NCBI GenBank assembly: GCA_963772715.1
Contig: CAVYYM010000020.1
Coordinates: forward strand, 19,918-83,917
Direction of reading: 5' to 3'
Length of the DNA: 64,000 bases
Source of the DNA: an uncultured Bacteroidota bacterium
GTDB taxonomy: Bacteria > Bacteroidota > Bacteroidia > Bacteroidales > VadinHA17
A program made the translations under genes and the position numbers. Shown piece after piece: positions 18,348 through 27,031 of the stretch (positions are counted from its first letter, which is position 1; every line of letters starts with the position of its first letter). The notes under the pieces are model-generated. The model was not told the origin of the DNA and did not search any database. It saw only the letters and a program-made list of their open reading frames with translations.

Positions 18348-19283
18348 TTATTTTGAAATTGTTATATCAATATAATCCACTTCCACATTTGCTTTTTCGT
18401 AGCTCCGGTATTTGTTGAGCCAGCGCTGGAAATCCTCTGACTCAAGTGATTTAGGCAGAATATACGGATATTCAGTTTCCTTAACATCATTTAATGACGG
18501 CTTATTTAATGGCTGCTTGGAAAAGACTATGAAGAGCCTGTTTATGGAGCGTGGAGCGTCGGTGTACATAAAGCAATCCAATTTGAGAAAATTCTTTCCC
18601 GGGAAATAATCAAACTTCGGATTATTTGAAAAGATAATGTATTTTTTATCGGCAGAGACCGGAACACCGCCTTCATATTCAGATGGCATTGTATGGTACG
18701 GATACAGGCATTGTGTCTTGCCATCCTCATCGAGAAAGATGGAAATATATCCGGTCGATGGTGAAGAGAAGTACAAATAAAGCTTTTCATTCAGCTTGAA
18801 GTCTGTGGTCTTGCATCCTTCATTCTCGCAGTTCAAAGTGAAAGCGGTGAAATTCACCGGCGGCGTGGTAACCTCCCTGGCTTCGATCTCAATATCGCAT
18901 TTTATTTCAATGTAAGTTTGCTTTTTGCCTTCAATGGTCCTGGTGCCCTGTATATCGCTGAATTGCGGCGTGCCTATCACTCTCACTACCTCACCTTTCA
19001 CGGATGTGTTGGCTATGGTGTTGAAAGCAGATTTGGTCTCTGTCTGTTTGCCAGTCTGAATGTTTGAGATGTAAGTTGTGTTACCCTGGATTACAATCCT
19101 GCCAAATGCCCTCTCGAGAGCATCAATGGTTGCCTGCTCCTCAGCTTGCCTCTTTACCTCCTCCTTTGTAAGATTGTCGGGGAACTCGACCTGAGCAGTA
19201 CCCTTTACCTTCACTGTTTTTTGTGAGAATAAGAATACAGGGCAGAAGGCAATGAAAAGACAAAAACAGATAAACTTTCGCAT
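18348..19283 (-). CDS. Secreted LPP20-like + DUF4384-like domain protein
   Basis: Signal peptide MRKFICFCLFIAFCPVFLFSQ. The N-part is KEEVKRQAEEQATIDALERAFGRIVIQ... The C-part, KLYLYFSSPSTGYISIFLDEDGKTQCLYPY...KKYIIFS, resembles DUF4384, a domain I recall as frequently associated with caspase domains. Confidence 0.6.
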   Translation of the reverse strand: MRKFICFCLFIAFCPVFLFSQKTVKVKGTAQVEFPDNLTKEEVKRQAEEQATIDALERAFGRIVIQGNTTYISNIQTGKQTETKSAFNTIANTSVKGEVVRVIGTPQFSDIQGTRTIEGKKQTYIEIKCDIEIEAREVTTPPVNFTAFTLNCENEGCKTTDFKLNEKLYLYFSSPSTGYISIFLDEDGKTQCLYPYHTMPSEYEGGVPVSADKKYIIFSNNPKFDYFPGKNFLKLDCFMYTDAPRSINRLFIVFSKQPLNKPSLNDVKETEYPYILPKSLESEDFQRWLNKYRSYEKANVEVDYIDITISK

Positions 19284-19332
19284 AATCGAAGAGATTATTA
19301 ATTATCTGCATTAAAAAGTAAAGGTACGAAAT

Positions 19333-19438
19333 AATCGTGCAATCGTGCAATCCCACCTACGCTAAAGCATCGGAGGGCAAAGCGTGCTTCGTCAGCCGTA
19401 GCCTTGGCGGAGGCTGGCAATCGTGCAATCGTGCAATC
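19333..19438. repeat. GC-rich ~63-bp core flanked on both sides by direct tandem CGTGCAAT octamer arrays
   Basis: The left array is aatcgtgcaatcgtgcaatc (19333-19352) and the right array is ggcaatcgtgcaatcgtgcaatc (19416-19438). The core is ccacctacgctaaagcatcggagggcaaagcgtgcttcgtcagccgtagccttggcggaggct. Confidence 0.8.
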
Positions 19439-19447
19439 TCCTTCTCA

Positions 19448-20863
19448 TTAATATTTCAGTCCTGCCTTCTTCATTATTTTTGCCAGGTCATATTGGGGAT
19501 CCTGGGCAGTGCGGTACATCATTTTGTCAGCCTCCTTGTCCTTCACGAACTTTTCTTTCCGGGCATCCCATGTAAGCTTGCGGCCGAGCTTCATACCTAT
19601 CCATGCGGCTGCGCATGCTTCCAGGCTTCTGGCTGAATGGTCAACGGGAGCTATGGGATCCTTCCTGCTCTTTATGCTTTCAAGCCAGTTGCGATAATGG
19701 TCAGGACTTGGCATCCATACTTTTCCTTCCGGTCCGACACGCGGCATTAATATCTTTGGATCCGATGCCCAGAGGGGGCCTTTCCCGGTTGTGGTTATCT
19801 CAGGATCGCTGGCTGTCACCCTGGCGGCGCCTCTTGCGCAAAAGAGAGTTCCTTCTGTGCCTTCGAAAAGACAGCCGTTAGTGAAGGTGTTATCGAGAAT
19901 AACCTGTATATCACCGGGATACATCATCTCAACATGATATTTGGTATGGACGGTCCATACATCATCCTTCATGAATTCTGCTTTTGCCTCAATGGTTACA
20001 GGTCCGCCAAGTTCTTGTCCTATGGCCCATTGCATGATATCAATATGATGAGCGCCCCAGTTGGTGATCATTCCGAGTCCGAAATCCTCGGTGGTGATCC
20101 ATCCCGGCCTGCCTGATATGCTGTTCTGCGGGTGAACCCTGGCTTCCATGTACGGCTGTTTTGCAACAGGACCGAGCCAGCGGTCATAGTCGAGGTTGGC
20201 AGGAACCTGCTCAGGAGCCGGCTTCTGTCCTTTTATTCTGTCGATACCGATGCCAATCTTCACGCTCTTCACTTTCCCGATGCGGCCATTGCGGACTGCT
20301 TCGCTGGCGATGCGGAAGGTCTCCCATGGACTTTGTGAACGCTGCTGACTCCCTGTCTGCAATATTCTGCTCTTTGCCCTTACGGCAGTGCGGAGCGCCT
20401 TTGCCTCAGCAATTGCGTAGGTGAGAGGTTTCTGCACATAGACATCCTTGCCGGCCAGAACAGCCTGTACTGCCACAAGAGCATGCTGATGGTCAGGAAC
20501 GCTGACGATAACCGCGTCGATATCGGATCGGGCAATAAGCTCCTGGAAATCATGGTACATCTTCACCTCAACATTTGTTTCGCCCTTTGTTTTGTAAAAC
20601 TCTTCGATTGTGTTTTTAGCTATTTCGCGGCGTTTGGAATCGAGGTCGCAGACAGCCACCAGCCTGCAGAGGTCGGTGTGCTTCATAGTACCCTTATAGT
20701 CTTCAGTGCCCTGACGGCCGCAGCCTATCTGGGCAAAACGGATCAGGTCATTGGCAGATCCCTTTGAATAGAGTGATCCCTTATAGATTGACGGAACTGC
20801 AATCAGACCCACTCCTGTAAGAAATGATTTCCTGATGAAATCACGACGGCTGTTGTTTCCCAT
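19448..20863 (-). CDS. Gfo/Idh/MocA-family oxidoreductase with Tat signal
   Basis: Preferred start MGNNSRRDFIRKSFLTGVGLIAVPS (twin-arginine signal). The Rossmann N-domain is IRFAQIGCGRQGTEDY...VAVCDLD, with a typical C-terminal Gfo/Idh/MocA alpha/beta domain. The ORF-track start at 20914 adds 17 unlikely residues. Confidence 0.8.
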   Translation of the reverse strand: MGNNSRRDFIRKSFLTGVGLIAVPSIYKGSLYSKGSANDLIRFAQIGCGRQGTEDYKGTMKHTDLCRLVAVCDLDSKRREIAKNTIEEFYKTKGETNVEVKMYHDFQELIARSDIDAVIVSVPDHQHALVAVQAVLAGKDVYVQKPLTYAIAEAKALRTAVRAKSRILQTGSQQRSQSPWETFRIASEAVRNGRIGKVKSVKIGIGIDRIKGQKPAPEQVPANLDYDRWLGPVAKQPYMEARVHPQNSISGRPGWITTEDFGLGMITNWGAHHIDIMQWAIGQELGGPVTIEAKAEFMKDDVWTVHTKYHVEMMYPGDIQVILDNTFTNGCLFEGTEGTLFCARGAARVTASDPEITTTGKGPLWASDPKILMPRVGPEGKVWMPSPDHYRNWLESIKSRKDPIAPVDHSARSLEACAAAWIGMKLGRKLTWDARKEKFVKDKEADKMMYRTAQDPQYDLAKIMKKAGLKY

Positions 20864-20962
20864 AGCGTATCGTATATTAGAATTTAGGTTTATTATGTAT
20901 GACAAATATATCAAAATAAATATTTAATGGTGCAAGGTACCAGATACTCGGTTATTATAAAA

Positions 20963-21011
20963 GAAGACCTGAAGACCGAAGACCGAAGACAGAAGATCGA
21001 AGACTGAGAAC
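20963..21011. repeat. Tandem heptamer array (GAAGACC/CGAAGAC, 7 units), reverse complement of the 274-325 array
   Basis: Read directly: gaagacc tgaagac cgaagac cgaagac agaagat cgaagac tgagaac. It lies between the oxidoreductase start and the nagB stop. Confidence 0.85.
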
Positions 21012-21015
21012 CAGA

Positions 21016-21743
21016 TTACAATAACGAGGCTGAATCAATATCAAGGTACAGCCATGCTTTTTCGTGATTTCTCAGAATCGATGCCGGGATCAAAGGGGAG
21101 ACCGGTTCCTTTAATGTCTTCCTTACTGCTTCAGCCTTTCGAAGATCGGGGACACTGCAGATGATCGCTTTCGATTTCATTATCTGCCTTATCGACATGC
21201 TGATAGCCTGTAACGGGACATCTTCGATGGAGGCGAACCATCCCTCCCCCAGCTGCTGCCTCCGGCAGGCTTCGTCAAGATTCACAACCAGATACGGCTC
21301 TTCCGTTTCGAAGTCGGCAGGCGGATCATTGAATGCCAGGTGACCATTTTCCCCGATACCAACAAATGCAATATCAATCGGACATTGTATGATTAACTCT
21401 CCAAGCCGTCTGCACTCTTTCCCGGGATCGGTTTCGCCATTCACATAATTGAATTTCTTCAGTGGAACAAGGCTGGCAAACCTCTCCCTGAGATATTTTC
21501 TGAATGATGCAGGATGAGATTCAGGAAGACCGATATATTCATCGAGATGAAAGGCAGTGACTTTTCGTCCAATCGATATTTTCCCTAACAAGCGCTGAAA
21601 GCATCTCAAATTGGGAAGCACCCGTGGCAACGATAATGTTTGCTTCTCCCCTTTCTGCAATGGCTTTCCTGATCAGAGTCAGCACCTGTTGCTGCGGCTT
21701 TCAGTCCAAGCTCCTTCTTATTTACTGATATTATTGTTTCCAT
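21016..21743 (-). pseudogene. nagB: Glucosamine-6-phosphate deaminase (NagB) with at least two frameshifts in the 5' third
   Basis: ORF 21016..21660 carries [13 protein letters not shown]...[22 protein letters not shown]. The missing N-terminus can be read in other frames: METIISVNKKELGLKAAA (ATG at 21743-21741), then [42 protein letters not shown]. The shifts fall near gcagca/acag and in an A-run (acgaaaagtc). Confidence 0.75.
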
Positions 21744-23049
21744 ATTTCTTTAAATAATTTAAGTTATCATCCATGGGTGTCATTTTTGGCATAAGCAAGA
21801 TGAACGAAACCAATATCACCAGGTAAAGGAACCCTGCAATAATAAATGCCCAGAAATATCCCGAGTTGTTTGCTTTGTCAAGAACTGAACCAAGAGCAAG
21901 ATCAGCGATGATCGAGACACCTACCCCAACCATTTTTCCGACGCCAATGACCGAGGCTGTCGCCTTTTTCGGGAACACGTCAGGCACAAGTGTATAGCTG
22001 TTTATCGACCATGCCTGATGTCCTGCAGCGCCTAGAGCTATCAATGCTACTGCAATCCATTTGCTTGTCACCATGGGTACAATGGTCAAAGGCAAAATGA
22101 TGACAGCACAAACAAGCAACGTTATCTTTCTGGCTTTGTTTATCGGCCATCCCCTTTTTATCAATGCCCCTGAAGCCCAGCCTCCGATAAGACTTCCTGC
22201 ATCTGCCATGATAAAGATTACCAGGAAAGGAAGTCCGATGTTCTTTATATCAACGCCATACTGTTCACCAAGGAATTTGGCACCCCAGAAAAGGTAGAAC
22301 CACCATACTGCATCTGTCATTGTGGTAAGTGCAAAAGCCCACGTTTCTCTTTTTGGCAGGATCTTCACCCAGGGGATCCTTTCTTTTGATTCGACCTCTG
22401 AATCGCTGTTGATGTATTCGAGCTCTTTTCCAGATAGTTTTGGATGTAGTTCAGGTTTCCGGTAAGTTTTCAGCCATAGGAATACCCAAAGTGCGCTCAA
22501 CGCGCCTGTAATCAGAAACGGTATCTGCCAGTTCTTCCCTTCAACTGTAACAATTGCCCCGACAATGAATGGTGCCAGAATCGCCCCTACACTGGTCGAA
22601 GCATCAAAGATTCCGGTGGCAAACGCACGGTCCTTTTTCGGGAACCACTCAGCGACAGTTTTAATCGCGGCCGGAAAGTTTCCCGACTCACCGATACCAA
22701 GTCCAAACCGGGCCGCCATAAATCCGACCAGACTGAATGATTGCCTGATCACTGCATGCAGCATGCCGAAAATACTCCACGTTACGATTGAGATAGTATA
22801 TCCTATTTTTGTTCCAAACCTGTCAATGAAGCCGCCCATGAAGAATAATCCGATCCCATAGGCAATCTTGAAAGACACTGTAATTGATGCATAATCTTTG
22901 TTGGTCCATCCGAAAAGGTTCTGCAGTGTCGGAGCCAGAACCCCTAGTATGCTCCTGTCAAAATAGTTGATTGTTGTGGCCATGAAGACCAGGGCCAGTA
23001 TCCTGTACCTGTAATGCCCCACCCTCTCATTTAAATTCTTATCACTCAT
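21718..23049 (-). CDS. MFS transporter (ACS/hexuronate-transporter-like)
   Basis: 443 aa and intact. The N-terminus YRYRILALVFMATTINYFDRSILGVLAPTLQ is typical of ExuT-like MFS transporters. Multiple TM segments. Confidence 0.8.
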   Translation of the reverse strand: MSDKNLNERVGHYRYRILALVFMATTINYFDRSILGVLAPTLQNLFGWTNKDYASITVSFKIAYGIGLFFMGGFIDRFGTKIGYTISIVTWSIFGMLHAVIRQSFSLVGFMAARFGLGIGESGNFPAAIKTVAEWFPKKDRAFATGIFDASTSVGAILAPFIVGAIVTVEGKNWQIPFLITGALSALWVFLWLKTYRKPELHPKLSGKELEYINSDSEVESKERIPWVKILPKRETWAFALTTMTDAVWWFYLFWGAKFLGEQYGVDIKNIGLPFLVIFIMADAGSLIGGWASGALIKRGWPINKARKITLLVCAVIILPLTIVPMVTSKWIAVALIALGAAGHQAWSINSYTLVPDVFPKKATASVIGVGKMVGVGVSIIADLALGSVLDKANNSGYFWAFIIAGFLYLVILVSFILLMPKMTPMDDNLNYLKKYGNNNISK

Positions 23050-23098
23050 TAATCTATCTTTTCAACATTCTCAGATTAATTCTACTAATCACTATTCA

Positions 23099-26000
23099 CT
23101 AATCACCATCATTTTTAACCACTGGTTTTATTTTAATGGTAAAATCATATCGTACAGGCATTACCTGATATTGTGTGAATACCGATAATGCAGTGCATCC
23201 TACTCCGCTGGTGGCATAATCGAAATTGAATGTTATTCCGTCGAAAGGATTAAGCTGGTAAGTATAAAGAGCTTTTGTAAGGTTATCGGCAGAATATGGC
23301 TGAGCACTGAAGTTGAAAAGCTTATCACCTGAGAATTCGAGCCCGGTGCCATCCTTATCGGTAATCCTTACCCAGCGGTTATCGGTCCGCAATCCATAAT
23401 CCTGAGGAATAAGGTATGGCTCATACATATCTTTTACAGTCGATTTGTACTGACCTATTCTGTAACCGCTTTTCCTGTCGGGATAATTCTCCTGCGGTCC
23501 TCTTCCATACCATTCGACATTTTCAAGTGATTTGCTGAGAATCATCCCGAGACCTACCCTGGGAAGCCATGAGGGCATGTCGCCGTCGGGGATCACTGAA
23601 TGCATTATCGTTATTTCGCCTGCTCCTGAAACTGTGTACCTGTAATTATTTATGAAGGCACCCCTGCCTGTCGGAAGTGATGCAACACTCACCACCGACA
23701 CTTCAGCGTATTCCATCATCATTGGTCCTTACATTGAAAGAAATTGATTTTCATCTGAAGATTGTCGAGTCCTGTATTAAACCATTCCGATGATGCCCAT
23801 TTTCCATTAAAATCGGATAAATGTTTGTTATTTGAACTCCAGAAACCCCATTCATCGATTTCATTCGCAAGCGGCGCCCGCCATACATTCAGCTGTGCGC
23901 CCTTCTTTATCATTTCCCTGCCTGATACTATCATTGAGATCAGCATTCCTGAACTTTTACTGAAAGTATATGAGAAATTATTCCCGCCAATTTTAACTGT
24001 CCCGTTTTCTTCTGTAACCGGACAGGTTCAATAAAGCCTTTACCATTTTTTTGTATTGGTTTGTACCAGGAGAGATCAAACTGATCCCAGGCAATCTCGA
24101 ATCCCTGCTCAGCCCACATTGTCTTCTCCTTCTGATGAAACTCAATGTCAAACGATACTCTGCTCCCTCCTTCAATGCAGGCTTATGAAAAGGCACAGTT
24201 ACGATTTCCGATTCAAGAGGTTTGATATCAAGTTTCAGTTCTCCTTTTTCAATTATCTCACCATCAGCCTGCAGCATCCATTCTGTTCGAAGGTCAGAAA
24301 GGTTCGTAAAGAGATATTTGTTGGTAATCCTGACTTTGCCATCCTCTTCCGATATCAGTTCAGCCCTGACAGGCTGACCCATCTTCTTAAACTGCCACAT
24401 TTCAGGCTGAGGACGTCGGTCGGGCCAGATAGAGCCGTAAGTCCTGGCTCCAATCCCATAACTGAAAAACTCTCCGCCTGTTGCAATTTCTTCAAAGTCG
24501 AGCCATAGGGCAGCCTCTTTCTTAAGCTCCGGAGAAGGTGATCTTAAAAGCTCCTGTTTAATGTTCTTACTGAAGATACCAACCTGATCGATTATTGCAT
24601 CACAGATATATGTACCGTTTCCTGACCATGGATCTCTGCATTTCTTCCGATATTGACCGGAAATGGGGTGTTCCTGATATTGCCGGAAACAGGCTGCCTG
24701 GCACTCTCCTTTCCGTCGATGGTCAGATACATCTCCTTTCCATCGTAATTGGCTGAAACCAGGTGCCAGTTGTTCTCCCAGTTTTCAGGAAGAGGAATTC
24801 TTACCGTTTGTCTGCTGCGTGTGGTCAAATAAAACTCCAGTGACTCTTTTCCAATCTGGTGAACCCCGAACTGGTTATTGCCCTTGGTTATCAGTGTGCC
24901 GGCAGAACTGCTCAGAGCCCTTGGGTACACCCATAATGAAAGTGTGAGCTGATCGCCGTCGATCTCAAGGGCTTCATCCCCATAAACCTCTACCCACTGG
25001 TCGTGTCCGTTCAGGTCTATCCCTTTTCCATGGAGACCCGGAACGAGCTTTGCCCTGCCCATTATATTCACCTGTACATTGTTAGGTGATGCATCTTTGA
25101 GAGTCTGACCTTTTCGGTTATACCCGTGCTTACAAAGTCCCAGATGGCGCCGCCCATGCTTCTCGGGTATTTATAAAAGATCTCCCAGTATTCATCAAGT
25201 CCTCCGCCGCCGTTACCGGTAACTGCAACATATTCATCGAGAAAAGAGGGTCTTGGATCATCAGCCGGCGGGAACAGGACATTACGTTTGTCAGAAGTTC
25301 CCGTATCGAAGGATACCTGGGGCCGATAATATCCTCGCATTTCTGTGCAAATGCATTTCCTCCGTACATCCAGTATCGGGTTCTGTCATAGTTTCTTTCC
25401 CTCATCAATAACTGCACAGATATTATCTCCTTCCCCGCTCTCATTGCCTGCGCTCCAGAAAAGGATGCAGGGATGATTCCTGTCGCGAAGCACCATTTTT
25501 CTGGCTCTTTCCCGATACATTCCCTCCCACTCCTTCCTGGTCGAAACATATTCCGTGCCATGTGATTCGTCGCCGGTTTCATCGATAATGTATATTCCAT
25601 ATTCATCTGCCAGCTCCAGGTATCTGATTACAGGAGGATAATGTGAAGTCCTTACACAATTGATATTGAACTGTTTAAGAATTGACAGGTCCTTTCTTAT
25701 CGTTGCCTCATCCATTGTATGCCCAAGCAGAGGATGCTGCATATGGCTGTTTATGCCATTGAGCTTCACCGGTTTTCCATTAAGATAGAAAACCTGATTG
25801 CGTGATCTCTGTCTCTTTAAAGCCAATCCTGCCTGTGATTGACCTCAATGAGTCTTACCCGACTGATCAATCAGTTCAATAGTCAGGGTGTAAAGATTTG
25901 GCTATCTCTGCCGACCATTTTTCAGGATTATTGATTTCAGCAGAAAGTTGATTGTTGTTGTCCCTGATGCGGCAGTAACGGAGAATTTTTCTGAATTCAT

Positions 26001-26751
26001 TGTTGTAATGATCTTCTTTTCCCGGTCATAGAGCACGGCGCGAACAGAAAGATCCCCTGAAGTTTCCTGTGAATAATTTCTCAACATAACATCAAGGGAA
26101 AGATGTGCATCGGTATAAGTATCATCGAGATCGGTAACGGCATACCAGTCGAAGATCCGTGTCTTCGGGGCGGCATACAGCCATACATCATCAAAAATCC
26201 CGGCCAGTCTCCAGTAATCCTGGTCCTCCAGGTAATAGCCGTCGGAATATTTATTCACAATCACGGCCAGGGTATTTTTGCCGGGTTTAAGATACTTTGT
26301 AATATTATATTCAGCAGGTTCCTGGGCGCCTTCATTATATCCAACCTCTTTTCCATTGATCCATACAAATGATGCTGAAGCTGTTTTCTCCATCCTGCAG
26401 GAAGATCTCTTTCCCTTTCCATGAAGCTGGCAGGGTAAAGCTCCTTCTGTACGAACCTGTCGGGTTATATTCACGCGGCACAAACGGAGGATTGGCTTTA
26501 AAAGGAGTCCTGACATTTCTGAAAAGGGATCACCAAATCCCTGCATCTCCCAGTTCGATGGCACATGAATCGTATCCCATTTTTTGTCATTGAAATCCTG
26601 AATAAAGAAATCCGCCGGAACTCCTTCAGGAGTATCTGAATAATGAAATTTCCATGTTCCGTTAAGTGAGAGGAAAGACTGATGCTTTGATTCTGTCGTT
26701 ATTTAATGCCTCACTGAACAGACAAATACGGAACAAATGGAACATGACCAT
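23099..26751 (-). pseudogene. GH2 beta-galactosidase (LacZ-like, with LamG-type insertion) shattered by many frameshifts
   Basis: The fragments are 25902..26564 (sugar-binding N-domain, VPSNWEMQGFGDP), 25386..25826 (TIM barrel, NCVRTSHYPP...NHPCILFWSAGNESG), 25068..25340, 24592..25071 (LamG-like), 23993..24400, 23719..23946 and 23099..23722 (Bgal_small_N-like C-domain). There is also a compensated double shift at about 26400-26522. The N-terminal limit is approximate. Confidence 0.75.
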
Positions 26752-27031
26752 CTTCCTGGTTCAGTTCAAAAACCGTGTGTTTTCAATGTAATTGATAGAT
26801 ATCCGACAGGAAAGGTCTTCTGCTGGGCATTGCAGGCAAATGCAATGTCAGCAGGAAAACAGATGGATAATAAGTTTCTTTTCATTGCGGTCAGGTTTAA
26901 TTGGAAGTGAAATATACGACAAATTGATTATTCCGCCATGTGTCATAAATTTTCATCGAATTTGTCGTCATGAATTACATATTATATTAATTTTCAGTTC
27001 ACATGAAACAATCATCTAAAATACTTTAAAA

